From assembly GCA_013239625.1 (NCBI GenBank), contig MU053379.1, positions 754,490 to 814,489 on the forward strand: a stretch of DNA of 60,000 nt, written 5' to 3'. The DNA is from Lama guanicoe. Taxonomy: Eukaryota. A program made the translations under genes and the position numbers. This document shows, in pieces, positions 1 to 13,629 of this stretch. The stretch's first letter is position 1. Each line of letters begins with the position of its first letter. The notes beneath the pieces were generated by a model. That model was not told the DNA's origin, did not search any database, and saw only the letters and a program-made list of their open reading frames with translations.

Positions 1-2876
1 CCACATGGTGTATCTTCCAAGGACAGCTAAGACGCAGACAGAAGGCAGCTCCCACCAAAAAGGTCTCCCAGCAGGAACACCTCCCGCCCCACCCCTGCAG
101 CACACCCACTCCGAGCACCTCCTTGGCCACCAGGGATGGGCTCTCAGGCCCAACAGAGTACAGGATGCGGTCCAGTCCAGGGCATCGTCCCAGGACAGAG
201 GCCCCTGGTGCCTAAGCAGACGACAGCTGGAAAGATGGTTTTCCAAAAGAGTTGCTCTGGAGCCACGTGGTTCCTCAAAACCTCACACAGGGCCCTGGAG
301 ATGCTCAGAAGCCAGGACAGAGGTCTCAGGATGCCTGAGCCCATGAACTGGTGCCTGGCACTGTACTTGGACCCAACTCTGCTGACTTCACCCACTTGCA
401 AGGCACGGATCTGGTAGGCGGTCCGTATGGTCTGTGTTTAGAGCATGCCTTTGGCCACAGACCACAAGGAAAAAGAATTCACCAACATCCTCTTTTGCAA
501 CTACGAAAACTTCTCCACAAGGACAAAGAAGACGTGGAGGGAGCTCAACGTGAAACGCAGGTCCTGTCCACCCGCCAGCTCCAGCAGGGGATAAGTTAGA
601 GGAACCTCCGTATTCCCAGTAACTTAGTTTCTCATTAACTTTCCCCGACAGTGCTGCGCTAGGGGACGTGACCAAGGATGAAGCCAACCATCGGCTCTGC
701 TCGGAACTCGCAACAGAGAAATGCAGGGACCTAACGTCCGTGGACCCAGGAGCACAGGAAGGCCAGACGGCAAGGCCTGAACCAGCAAAGTCTCCCCCTT
801 AGCTGTGCGCCGGCTGCAGGCCTGTGGCCACTGGCTGACAGGCACCTGCTGGGATGAGCCAAGTGAGCTGGCTAGACTCTCAGGGGACGCAGATGATAAG
901 GCACAAGGGTGACCTCTGTGCTGGGACAGGAAGATGGGGGCCATGGAAGGCTTCCTGGTGGAGGGGAATCAAACTGAGTCTCCAGGGATAAGGAGACTTC
1001 TAGTCAGCCGCGAGGCCACTGAAAGAGCAGGAGAGGCCCGAGGAGGCAGCAAGGGGTGTGGAGCAGACAGGGGGAGGCAGGTGCTGTCGGGGATGCAGAC
1101 TTGGGTGTGAAGACTAGGAGCCAGCAGCTTTGAGAGAGGGCCCTCCCAGGACCGGATTAGTGCTTGAGAGCCCAACAGGACGTCCTCGGGCCCCGCGGGG
1201 AGGCCAGGCCCAGGACGGATGCACTACTGGATTTCCGGCCTCAGAGCCAAGGCCTGGAGCCCAGGGAGCACGAGGGGTTACGAAAACCAAGGGCCGCACC
1301 CTTGCGTGTCTCTCGGGCCCCTGCAGCTCCCAGCAGGGAGACAGTCTGCCAGGGCCGAGCTGGAAATGCATCTCGCCCGGGAGGCTGTCTGCGGCTTAGC
1401 TGTGCTGTGGTTTAGAAATCTCGTCAAGCGGCCAGCCCTGTGGGGGAGCAGTCAGGGTCCAGCACAAAGGGCAGCACCGAAGGGGCCTTCTTCATAGGGT
1501 GCAGCCCCCCAACCCCGCACCTGCTGCCCTGCCTGCGGTGGCCCGCGACCCTAGCAATGGTCACCGTCACCATCACCATCAGAGGCTGCACCTCCAGCCC
1601 ATCCTAAATTCAGGGCCAGCACAGGAACTAGCCAGGGAGCCACACGGCCACTAGCCGTGGGAACAGTCACCCCCCTGTGCTCCCACTTCAATTTTATTTT
1701 GGGCATCAACACATTTTCTCAGTTAGTCCAGAAAGAGGATACAGAAGAACGGCCCCTGAAACCACAGACTTCAGGGTGGCTGCCAGCCGTTGGCCTTAGC
1801 GGGTGGGAGGCTCTGACATGCAGCGCTGGCCCATTTCCGTGATGCAGACACTCCTGGCCAGTGGCACAGCACCAGCTGGGCCTGGAAGGGATGCGCAGTT
1901 GGCTCTTGGTAGCTGGGTGAGTGTTTCCTGCCACCCGACATTTAACCAGCAACCCAACACAGGCTCACAGGAAGGCTGCGTGCGGACAGTCTTGAGAGCA
2001 AAGCCCATCAGGCAGGAGGCGACCACCAGAGGCGGCCCTGGACACCTGCCTCTTCCCGTCCTCCTGGGCGCAGCATCGCCAGGGCTGACCATGGCAAAGC
2101 CTCGTCTTCTGCTCCTGCCATCCATCCGTCCCCCACCAAACGAACTTTGCCATCTGGCTCGGAGCTGCGTGCCTCCAATTTAGGACAGAAACTCAGGCTG
2201 CCTCAATTCTGCTTCCTCAATAACAAGCAGATGCAGGTGCCCAGAGGAAGGGATACAGCCCAGGTGGCACAGGACGTTCAGATGCCCAGGCCGCCTCCCT
2301 GCGCCCACCGCCCCGGTGGAGCAGACGGGCAGGCAGGAAGAGAGCAGGCAGCCCACAGCATTTTGCTGGGAAAACACAGCTTTCGAGCTGGGCGTGACCA
2401 GCCCCATGGGGCAGCACATCTTACTCCACAGAAGGAGAGGTGAGGGTCCTGGCAGGGAGAGGAGCCTTGTGCCCGTGCCCTGACTCCTCCCGAACGATGC
2501 TCGCAGCCCGCTGCAGCAGCAGGGACCCATCGTGACCGGTACCCACGGGGAACAAGTGTCACATGCGGAGCCATCACAGGCTCCCTCCAGACATCAGAGA
2601 AGGGAGAAAAGCGGCCTGTTGCCCTCTCCCCACTGGTTTCGGCTCCAGCTCTCAAGAAAAGAACCTGAGATCCACTGTGCCCACCCTCCTCGCAGGGCAT
2701 CCCCCTAAAAAGACAGCCACCACTGCGGGGTCGGCTGAGCGCTCCCGGCCACGTGTCCTCACGTCCGGGGACAGGCGCTGCAGCCCAGGCTCCCGGGTCT
2801 CCACGCGGCCCCAGGCTCACGGGCCCAGGGAGAGCCGAGGGGAGGCCGACCCCCAGGCCGGCAACGCTGGCCCTAC

Positions 2877-2999
2877 CTTGTTGAGCTCCCTCAGTTTGCT
2901 CTTGGCAACAGCCGCATCCTCCTGCTCCGTGGCCAGCAGCTTCTCCTTCTCCTCCAGCTGGCGTTTCAGAATTGCCACGGGGTCGCCCTTCTGAGTGGC
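2877..2999 (-). CDS. RRBP1: RRBP1 third coding exon (123 nt): ATQKGDPVAILKRQLEEKEKLLATEQEDAAVAKSKLRELNK, start of the coiled-coil region
   Basis: Acceptor ggcatttccag|GCC, donor AAG|gtaggg, phase 0-0. Peptide is visible in ORF 2817..3086 and matches RRBP1. No further RRBP1 exon was recognised in 1-2876. Confidence 0.96.
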
Positions 3000-4175
3000 C
3001 TGGAAATGCCCAGAGAGACATGTAAATGGGAGGAGGGGGCGGATGCTTGGTTGGAGCCCCAAGCCCGCTCTCAGACCCTGACCCACACCCAGGGCAGCGG
3101 TTCTGTCCTGATGGCAGACACCCCTGGGGGAGGCACCCGCCGGCCACCCAGCTTGCCAGGCCGAGGGCCGGGGCCGTAGGAGCTGCTGGGGCCCAAGGCT
3201 CAGACCTCTGGGTAGTTTTTAGGAGCGTGGTTGATGGTGGCCAGGGCCTCTTCATGGTCTGCTATGGGGCAGTTGGCCATCATTTCTGGCTCGGTGCCCA
3301 TCCTTTAGTTGCTGTGCGTGGACTGCAGGTTGCCGGCCTAAGCCTGAGGCCATGGCCGGGGGGATATTGTGGGGACAGAGGCTTGAGCTGAGTCCAGGCC
3401 TCTCTTGTTGGAGAGGAGTGGTTACCGTGACCTCATGCCCAGGAGATGGCCTGACACTCATGGAGTGAGGAGCTCCCTGCCACTACAGGACTCATCACCC
3501 CTCACTGAGGGCCGGTCGTGGGGTGGAGAGTGACCCCAGTGGCCTTAGGGCAGGGATCATCCACCTGGCTCTCAGGACACCCCCAACATCTCCTACCACT
3601 AAGGTGCCACAAAATCCTCCAGTAAAATGATCTACAATTCCAGCTCTGTTTAAGGAACAAACAAGCCACACAGCCCTCCTGGGGCAGCTCACTGCCACGA
3701 GTGCCAGCAGGTGGGCGCAGGCCCCCTGCAGGAGATGGGCCGCAGAGAGGCATATAGCACACCCTACTTCTCCCCGCCTCACCCGGGGCCCTGGCCACCA
3801 ACGGGCGGGGCCCAGCTGCTGTGACCACCCAGTCCCCCTGGAACTCAGAGCCCCACCCTGGCTCTTAGCCGCCCTCCTGTTTCAGCAGGTGGGCTGTGGC
3901 TGAAGCCAAAGCACCTGCAGGGTGACTCACACGGCCCGTCCTGGGAGGGGCAGCAGGGTTCTGCCGAGAGGTAAGTGGACTCACCATGAACACCGCACAG
4001 CTGGGCAAGCGGCTGTGGCCAGCCCGCCAGGCATCACCTAGGGGAGGCTGGTGCCCCAGAACCAGGTAACCACTGCAATCACTGGCCCCAGGCCAGGCAT
4101 CGGGGGCGAAACCACCCGGCCAGCTGCTCACCAGCCACAGTGGCCACCAAATGTGGCCAGGAGGAAGGGGCCCAC

Positions 4176-4324
4176 CTTGTGCCACGTGTCCTGAATGACA
4201 CCAGCTTTCTCGGACAGGATCTCGATGAGCTGCTGGGCCTCGCCCTCGCTGAACACCATGCTTCCCACTGTGGAGACCAGTGTCTTGTAGGGGAGGCAGG
4301 GAGGGCTGTTGGCGTCTGGGGGCC
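4176..4324 (-). CDS. RRBP1: RRBP1 second coding exon (149 nt): (G)PPDANSPPCLPYKTLVSTVGSMVFSEGEAQQLIEILSEKAGVIQDTWHK
   Basis: Pyrimidine-rich acceptor ccctccccttctctcgccatgcag|GG and donor AAG|gtggg. Phase 1 start fits the upstream exon. Peptide matches the known RRBP1 segment LPYKTLVSTVGSMVF..EGEAQ.LIEILSEKAG.IQDTWHK. Confidence 0.96.
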
Positions 4325-5819
4325 CTGCATGGCGAGAGAAGGGGAGGGCCTCACACTCAGACCAGCAACCAAGCCCCTCACACCCTGAGGGAGCAGGGGC
4401 CGGTCACAGCCAAGGCCTGTGTCCGGCTGCCGCGGGTCTGTGGGCTGAGGGCCCAGCCCAGAATCTCGAATGGCCTCATCGCCAGGTCCTGCACCATCCT
4501 GCTCCTGCCCAAAGACAGCAGGGGAAGGTCCCCAAGTAAAGAGGCTATTTTCCTGGGCTGGAAATGTCCCCCCACTTTCATTTTACCATCAAAATAAGCA
4601 GAATCAAGCAAGGCGTACTTTCCCAAAGGTGGTTTTTTCCTTCCTTCATTTCCCAGCAAACTGCCTGGTCCGGTTCTCACCCTGCATGGCCCAGGGAGGT
4701 TCACACCCCTGCCGTGAGTGAGCCCCACGGCCCTGAGGGGCTGCACTGATGTCAGTCATCCCCACAGCTGCACCCCCGAGGTCCCAGGGGAAGGAGGCTG
4801 CCTCCCCCATGTCCTGGTCCAGATCCTCTATTTCCAGCTCTCCCTGGAGAAAGCTTAAGGCAGGTTTCAGGACAGGGGAAGGCTGGGCTCGTCTGGACTA
4901 GTTCTGCCCACTCGCCAGGCCATTGGCCAGTGAGCTGCTGCAGGACACAGAGCCACGTGCCACCAGCCAGCGGCCCCTTCTGGAATCCTCCTGATGCCCT
5001 CGCAAAAGCTTCGCACTCTTGCAGGCTCTCATGCAGCCCAGAAGGCCAGAGGGGAGAACGGAGACGCTCTGCCTGGCAGGAGCCCCGCCTGAGATGCCTG
5101 GGCAGTTCCTCGTGCTGAGGCCCAAATCTGCACACCGCTGAGCAACAGGGCCCCAGACAAGCCGAAACAAAGGCAAGAGGCTGCCTGCAGCGGTACCTGC
5201 AGCCAAGCCCACCCCACGGAGGATGCCCAAGGGGGATGGTTTCCATGGCAACCCGAAATTCTCTGGCTTGTCACAATATTTTCACTCACTCGTCACAATA
5301 TTTTCATCACAAGTCAAAGCACTTAGCATGATACCCAAATAAGGGGAACGTGCGATGTGGGCGAGCTGGTTGCTACGAGCACCTTCTTTTTTAGAATCTC
5401 TTACCCCATGAAGCTCGGAGATTAAAAATAGCCACGTTAACATTAGAAATCTAAGAGCTCAAGGGCGTCACAAAAATGGGGAGGTGAGGGGATGCCCCCT
5501 TTCAGCTTTTATTCTTTCACTGAAATGCGTATATAATGCAAAATAATTCTAATGGCAAACGTACGTGCACTAGAGAGAACTCTGAGTGAAGCCAAGCCGA
5601 AGGAGAAGAAAAACCACTCTCCGGTTCGCGAGCAGACGAAAACCCCACGGTTAGCATTTTGGTCTCTGGGCTCCCTGCTCCTCCCCCTGGGGCTGCAGAT
5701 GGACATTCCTGCCAGGGTTTTCCAGAAGTGGGAGGTCAGCTGGAGTCAGACTGGGCAGGACGGCCTCTCAGCCGACCGCCACTCAGCCCTTCTACTTTCT
5801 GGACTTGGAGAGGTCTCAC

Positions 5820-6110
5820 CCTGCGCTGCCAGTGTTCAGCCACCAGCCACGTGTGGCTGCCGGGCACCTGCCATGTGGCTGGTGGGAAGTGAGGTGGCTC
5901 CCAGTGGAGGACACACTAGATTCTCAGGACTTGGTATGAAAAAAAAAAAGAATGTAAAATATCTGTAATAACTTCTTTTGTTAATTGCATGCTGAAATGA
6001 TGGCATTTGGGGTCAACTGGGTTAAATAAAAAAATACCATTAAAATGAATTTCACGTGTCTCTCATCTGCCTTGTTTAATGTGGCTCACGCTGCATTTCT
6101 ACAGGACAGC
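5820..6110. mobile_element. MER33-like hAT-Charlie DNA element
   Basis: agccaccagccacgtgtggct...ggacttggtatgaaaaaa..gaatgtaaaatatc...ttaaataaaa..attaaaatgaatttcac pattern. Confidence 0.65.
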
Positions 6111-7249
6111 CTGGCTACTCCTTTCCAACCCCAGGGACGCCCGAAGCACTCCCTGCTGAAGCCCTGGCAGCCTCTGTCCCTGCAGAGGCCCCAGTGACCA
6201 GGGCTCAGGCCTCTCTTGAACACTCTCCCTGGAGACCATCCTCCCAGGCCCCTGCTGCACCATCTGGGGATAGTCTGGGAGAAGGGGACACGTGACATCT
6301 CGATGACCAGTGTCACTTCCTTCACAGCCATCACCCCAGTGGTCTCGACAAATGTGCATTCCCTCCTGGAGGGCCAGGGGAGATGGACGCCGCAATGCCC
6401 TGTCCACAGAACGTTGCTGAGAGGAGCCTGTAAGAGCATTATCCTAACACATCTGTATTCCAACTTTCTCATGAAATTGTATTAAACTGTATTCAGGGAA
6501 CAAAGTAATAAAAATCTGTTAACAAGTGAAACATTTCAAAAGTACGTAATAGCAAAATTTAACTCCTTCTGCCCACCCCCACCCCCCCCAGAATTGTCCA
6601 GCTTTCTCCAGCCTCATACAGAGACTTTAAAATTATTCCTAGAGATGTAACTTTACATTTTTTCATTAAGTCTTTTAGGTAAGAACAGTGCCATCTCTAA
6701 TCTCTCCAGATCAGGGGAAGTAAAACCGAAAGAAAGAAGAAAAGTCCTGGGAAATAGGAACCAGAACCTTAGACTTCATGTGAGTGCATTGACTTCCAGT
6801 TTTCAACGGCCTCTCGCCAAACCTGCAGCACTAAGCTCAACCTGCCGGGGAGCAGGAGACTAGCAGGCGGGCACGGGACCCCTTCCCCAAATGATGCATC
6901 GGCACATCACGCCAGTCCACCGATGCTCAGAGACCAGGAATAATCTCGGTGCTGTGAAATCCTAAGGCCCTAAAACAAACTTGTCAAAGACTCTTCATCT
7001 AGTCTGTGAAGCCACAGGCCTCATAAAGACCATGCAGCGGGGAACTCCAGGGAGAGGGGCTCACCGAGGGGCTGCTCCTGCGGCCAAGGCTTGGCCCACC
7101 TTGAAGTCTGAAATTCCAGGAACGCGGAGGCCCTGGAGGCCTGGGGAGGAATAGGTTGGCAGGAGAGCGGAGCGGCCAAGCAGGGCCAGTGTCTCACTGC
7201 TCTGGAGCAATCCAGGCTCAGAACAAGGCCCCTGGAGCCAGTGGCCCAG

Positions 7250-7440
7250 CCTCGAGTTCCAGCTCAGCTCCTTCCCACCTGTGCGTCCTTGCACACGTGG
7301 CTTTGCCTCTTTCTGCCACTGCTCCCTCCTCTGTGAAATGGGGGTAACAATCCTTCCTCCCCTACAGTCTCACTGCGAAGATTAGACGGCAACGTGCGTG
7401 GATGATGCCGGGCATAGGGCAGGCCGCTGCACAACAGCGC
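7250..7440 (+). mobile_element. MIR SINE
   Basis: gttccagctcagctc...tgtgcgtccttg...cctcctctgtgaaatggggtaacaat...gaagattaga core motifs. Confidence 0.6.
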
Positions 7441-10400
7441 CATGAGCATCCCAGACCCTAGCCAACCCCTCCCCCGGAGCGGACAGCGCCCCTAGCGGCT
7501 GAAGCAACTCTGCCCTTGGCTCCCATGACCGACGCACAAGTCCCAGCACCCACGCCCTCTATGGACAAAGCACTGCGGCCTGGGGACCCTCTGGCTCCTG
7601 TCTTGCACCCCTGTCCTCACTCACGAGGTTAAGGGGGCAGCGCATAAGGAAAATGGGGAGCCCTCTGCCTCCCTGGGCTCTCAACCAAGAAGCACGTAGC
7701 ACTTGGATAACAAGTGTAACACCTCAGATTCCAAAACTCAGCTCCCTGTGCGGTCACCCTAGGATGCGGAAACACCTAGGAGTAAACCTGCCTTGCAGAA
7801 AGGCACCTAGGGGTCTCCTCTCTTCCTGTTGGCCATGCGGTCCTTCTGGGAGAATTTCTCTCCTCCTGCATAGGGACCAGGCCTCAGCCACGGGGGCCTC
7901 ACACAGCTGTTTCAGCAGCAGCCCCTCCAGCGTCCAGTCCCGGGAGCCCCTGCACGGCTCGTGGCCAATTCACCACCCAACGGGTGCTGGGAAGGTTGCA
8001 GGAACTGCCTGGGCGACAGCTGTAACCAAGGTGGGGGGGTCGTCATCAGGCCCTAGGATGGGTGTCAAGTGGCTCCAGCTCTTGGTGCCCAGCAGCCCTG
8101 TCCAGGGGGCCTCCAGACACAAAGTATGCACCTACTGTGTACCCAGCAGTCTGCAAAACGCTGGGCTGGAAAGGCCGGTTGGGTGGGACTTCCAGCTAGG
8201 AGAGGCAGAGGAGACCCAGGACAGAATCATGCTGCAGAGCCACGCAGACAGGAACTTGCACACCGGAAAGTCTTTTCATGCAGGAGATGCTCACACCAGA
8301 CACTGCTGGGTGGAGAGAAGGCGAGGGCTGGGGCTTCAGGAAGGGGAACGGTGAGGACAGGTGCAAGGCTGGCAGAGCGGAGGCAGGTGAGACTGGAGTA
8401 GGTCCCAGTCTTCACCCAAGGGATCCAGATTTCACTGCATAGGCAAAGGAGCAACACCTAGCAATGAGCAAGGTTTGCATTTGGGAAAAATTACTTCAGG
8501 ACACACAGAGGGACAGGGCTGGAGGCTGGCAGGTCAGCAAAGAGCCCAGGGCCAGGGGCTAGGGCTGAGGGGGGCCCAGTGTCAACCCACAGACTCCAAC
8601 AGAGGACCATGGTGGTGCAGTCTACGGGGCTGGAAAATCCCAATGGCAAAGACACTCATCTTCTCAGGGAACGTCCAGACCAGTTCTGAAGGCCTCTGCC
8701 TCAGACACAGAGCTGCAGGTCAAATGGCTGCTGCTGACTCCGGTGCCACCCGCACAGGTGCCACCCCAGCAGTGTGGGTTAGGGGACCCTGCAAGCCCCC
8801 CAAAAGGAAGCCAGACCCCAACATCGGGAAGCCCATCAGGCCCTGACATCTCCAATACCTGAGCCAAACTCAGGTCAAAGGCCCGGGGCCCCAGGAAGGG
8901 CTCCCCAGTGCCTCCTGGAGTCAGCACCACACAAGCACCTGTCTGATTCAGAGACGAACTCCTGGCTCCCACTGACCTCAAGTCCAGAGGGCGAGCCCCT
9001 GAGTCAGAGAAGCTGGCAGGCACACCCGTCTCCAGAAATGAGGCACCTGGGCCAGCATCACAGCTGGCCTCTCCACCAGCTGCTGGTGCACGCACGGCGG
9101 CCGTGCAGGGTCCTCGGGAGCCTTTGGGGAAGCAACCCTTCGAGGCCCTCGTGGAAGCTCCGCCAAATGCATCAGAGGCACAGCTGCAGCTCCTGCCACC
9201 CTCGAGGCTGCTTGTCCCCGTCACAGCGGTCAAGGGTCCTGGGCAGAACACAGGCGGCCAACTCGAAGCCCCCCTCAAGCCCAAGCCCAGTACCGTCCAG
9301 GGCTGGTCTCCCTCCCGACAGGATGCAGGTCTCAGGGCAGCGGCTGCCCCAGGCCTTCGCGGCCCAGGACACCAGCACGTGGTGTTTTAAGTGCACTGGA
9401 GCAAAGTACAAATACTGTCAGGAGGGACCGATCTGGGGCCTTCGAATCAGGCTTTCCCATTTGGTTGGAGAAAAAAATAATCTATTAAGCTACAGATAAT
9501 GGTGTCTGATGGAAATTTTTTTTAAATCCTGTAGATTGAATGACTTTATTTTTCTCTTTATACTTTTGCTTTTTTCCTCAAATTTTAACAAAATCAATTT
9601 TATATCTGAAAAAAAGAAATACAACACATCACAGTGTTTCTTAAAGTAATGCAGCTCCTCGAGGGCCCTGGGCAAGGCCCCCCTCAGGCCTGAGGTGAGC
9701 GTGCTGCTTTGACAGCCGCCCGCGGAAGCCCAGGGACGGGCCACCGCAGGCCTCCCGCCCGGCTGTGGGCAGCGGTGGGAGCCCCAGCACTGCCATGTTT
9801 GGAGAGGACTGAACGGAGGGCTCTGGAGGACGCCTTCCAGCGCCGCTCTGAGATGTGGCAGTGCCCCACCGACACGAGACTCGCTTCCCTAGGGGATGCT
9901 TTGTTCTTTTAGAAAAGAAGAACAAAGTTGGGTTTGAAGAACTTACGTGGAAGTGAGTAAAAGCTCATACGCCCTGCAGCTTTCTTCAGAGCTTCTGACC
10001 CTGAGAAACTGAGTTAAGTTCAAGAGAGGATCAAACATAATCTCAACACTCCCTCTAAGGGAGTCGAAGGGCGGCTGCCGGGGGGCCGGGCCTGGGCAGC
10101 TGCAGATGGAGACCCAGGCCCAGGGTCCCATCCCGCCCTTCCGGGATGTCTCCAAACAGGGATGACCTTTGGTTTCTGCTGCCAGGAAACAGGTAAGACT
10201 GCAGACCCACCTTAGAGAACACTCGGGGACAGATGCACAGAAGGAGCCCCTCACCGCACAGCCGCTGGCGCGCAGGGGGCCCGGCGGGCAGGGGTGGCCC
10301 AGCAGGCCCGCAGCGCACAGAGGCCGGGCGGGCGGGGGTGGCCCAGCAGGAAGGGGTGCTGCTCCTGTCCAGTCACACGGCGGCAGCTGAGGCCCTGCTC

Positions 10401-11659
10401 AGCTACAGACTCGCCGACTATAGTCTCCTGGTAGGTCTGGCCCCTGCCCCATTAGGTTACAGAACACGACTCTACCCGTGCCATTTCCTGTGGTCCGGCG
10501 GCGGCAGGAGCAGCCGGCGAGGCTCCATATGACGCGGAGCTGACGGGCCCCCAGGATGCTGCCAGGTTCCCTGACACGGGAACCACCTTTAACTCTCATC
10601 TGACCTCAGGCTGGAGCCCAGGGCTGGGACAGGCTGAGAAGAACTGGCCGCTTTCTTCCTCAGCCTGGGCCCCCGAAGTAGCAAGGAGTCCTCTCTGCCG
10701 CTCAGGGGATGCTCAGGGCCCCGAGGTCAGGGCTGGGCTGCCTCCTGGTGCCCGAAAGGATAGGAGCTCCACTTGGTACAAGAAGGGCCTATTCAACTCA
10801 CAAATAATGGAGTTTTTGTTTCTCTTCCATTAACAAGAAATGCGCATTAGAGAAAAACTGGAAAATGCAGAAGGGTGAAGGGAAGGTAATGAAATTCACC
10901 CACAGTCCTCCCCACAGAAAGGGCCTTCCTCCCACATGGACGTGTGGTGTGTCGGGCTCGGCCATCTTGGCTCGTGAGGGCCTGTGTCCAAGGGCGTTTC
11001 CCGCCTCCTGGAGGCTCCTGCGCCCTGATGTGGTGGCCTCTGGCCCCAGAGTAGACGGCCCGTGTCCATGGACAGGGACGGGGTCTGGCATAAAGCCAGG
11101 GCGTAGAGTGCAACGGGAGGGTCCCCCACCCCAGAGGGCCCACCTCGCTCAGCAGACACGAGTCCCTGGGCTTGGGCCCAAAGTGGAGTTTCCAGAAGGT
11201 ACCTCCTGTCCCTCTCACGTCTGAGTGTCTGGGTCGCCAGGCCCTGCCCGCACCACACGCACGGACTCACTTCCAGGAGCTGGAGTGGACGGTACCCAAA
11301 ACCATCACCACGTCCACACGCTTCCTGAGCTCTCCTGATCAACACGAGCTCTCGCTGAGGTGACTCTCGGGGAGCGAACCAGCAGAGGCCTGGACGGGGC
11401 TGCAAACACTCAAAGGTTCACTTCCAGGAAATTTCCACTTTGCTGTGATTCCATGAATTCCCTCTTCTCCAGACACCGAGAAAAGAACCTTCTGTTTCAT
11501 AAACAAGTGTTTCTCCTTATTCTGCACCTGGTTCACAGAGGCCCCTGAAATGACCACCACCTCTGTGGAGTAACGTGAGCAGTGAGGTCGGAGGCAGGTG
11601 CCAGGACACCACTGGGAGGACGCCCACCGTGACAGGCCCTTGGACAGCAACGTGAGCTG

Positions 11660-12110
11660 TCTCCCTAGATTAAAAATACACCTACCTTTTGACTTAGCAA
11701 TTACATTCCTAGGAATTTACGTTATAGAGATACTCACGCAATAGTACACGTACGTCACTGCACCATTAATTTTAGCAGCAAAAGAACAGCACGCTATTTA
11801 ACATCATTTAAATAAATTATGATACATTCATGCTACAGAATATGAACGCGGCAGCTCTGCAGGTGCATCTGGAAAGATGTCACCAGCACACTGGTGAGCA
11901 AGGGAAGTAATAAGCTCCATCTCTGCGCACCACAGGCCCCAATGGTACGCTGTCAGGGTGAAGAGCAGAGCACCCCCGGGGTTCCCTTGGGGAGGTGGGT
12001 GGTGCCCGCCATGGAGTGGAAAGGAAGACAACCAATTTCACCTTCCACGCTTCCATATTGTTCAAATTTTGTTTGCTGGAAGTACATATTTACACAATAA
12101 ATTTGAAAAA
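11660..12110 (+). mobile_element. Old L1M(E) 3' fragment
   Basis: tttgacttagcaattacattcctaggaattta...aaataaattatgatacattcatgctacagaatat are L1 3'-region motifs. Confidence 0.6.
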
Positions 12111-12597
12111 GGATTAGGAAGGCAGGTGGTCACTGTCAAATCCGGCCACCAACAAGCAGTAAATATCTGTCACAAGGCCTCGATTTGCTCTTGTAGGAAA
12201 ATCAGATCAGAAGTTCTGGAATAATTCCAGCTCGGGCCTGCAGAAGCATGTCCTGTGCCCGCCTCCAGGAGTCTCCTCTGGGGCTCCTGTCAGTGAGGGC
12301 CCTGCTGAGACGACCAGGTAACAAGACAGGGACAGCCCATGTGACTGAGGAAGCCACCCTATCTCTGGCGGACCAGCTCCTGGGCTAGTTTTGCTGCTGA
12401 TCTGCCACGTGTCACAGACCAGGCATAGCCTCTGTGACCTCTCACTGTGGATCGGGAGGATGGCGGGAGCTCAGTCCCAGCCCACCCAGGACAAGGGCAG
12501 GAAGAACAGTGGGGCAGGAGCCTCACAATGCCAACAGGGCTGCAGAGGAGCATCCACCTTCACAGGGCCACCTCTGTCCCAGTGGCTCCTATTTAGA

Positions 12598-12775
12598 GAA
12601 GTGTTGTCCAGTAGAACCTTGTGTACTGATGCAGGCGGTTTTCATCTGCACTGTCCAAAAGGGTAGCCACTGGCCATGTGACTGAGTCTTTCATTTTGTT
12701 GACTTTTGATTGATTTGAATGTTGACTTAAATGGCCCCATGTGACTAGCAGCTCCCATACTGGCCAGCACAGTCC
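12598..12775. mobile_element. MER3-like MITE
   Basis: gtgttgtccagtagaacctt...tctgcactgtccaa..ggtagccactggccatgtgact...ccatactggccagcacag. Confidence 0.65.
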
Positions 12776-13629
12776 CAGACCCTAGCTCTCTGGTACCCAC
12801 GGTGAAACCTCATGGCCCCTCCCTGCCCAAGTCAAGGTCCCCTCCCCTAAGCTCTCTTCCTGGCCTGCTTGATGCAGAACCCACTCCCCACCCATCTTCC
12901 CAACCCCCGTAGCATGGTCTTCAGGACACCTCACCAGCCCAGCCCGGATTCTGTCCACAGTTCCCCTGAGGTGGGTACATGTGGGTCTGAAGAAGCTGGC
13001 CCCAAACTGACACAGTCATGGCTGGCAGGCAAGGAAACCAAGGGCGGGCAGCCAGGGCTGACTTCAGCCTTCTGCACAGGACACGAGGAATAACTGCGTG
13101 ACAAGAACATGGCCTGCTTCCCACGTGGCAACGGGGCCACAGCCACAAAAGCTCAACATGGGTCAGACTAACACTGGAACACCGAGTCCCACAACCAAGG
13201 TGTGATCGCAGGGGAGCCCTCCATCCCCACCGGATCACCATTCCCCATATCTGTCCCTCACACCCTCAACCACCAGCTGTGGCTTGCGCAACTCTGCTGA
13301 GAACTGGGGGACGAGGCAGCGGGAGTGAGCGCCGCACAGGCGGGGACATCCCTGCAATGATCAGGGCTCTGGCGCGGAGAAGGGCCCAAGACCCAAAACG
13401 GCCCCTAACCCCAAACACACTGTGACATGGGACCTGGGAAGGGTCTTCAGAGCCAGCTCTAAACTGCATGCCTGCATCTGGGGATACCCGAACTGACCGG
13501 GAGAGAGGCCCACACTTGACCGCTCCCCTCCCCGGCCACAGTCCTTCATGGATGAGACAAGCCCTTAGGGAAAGAACTCATCACTCTTTCCTGCCCCCCG
13601 ACCCTCGGCAGACTCGGGGGCCCTGACTA

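Noticed and set aside
2278..3255. 325-aa minus ORF overlapping the 123-nt exon
   Set aside because: Different frame from RRBP1, runs through intron sequence and has low complexity.
8664..9390. 206-aa minus ORF and 95-aa plus ORF in the intron
   Set aside because: Non-ATG starts, no recognisable domain, GC-rich intronic context.
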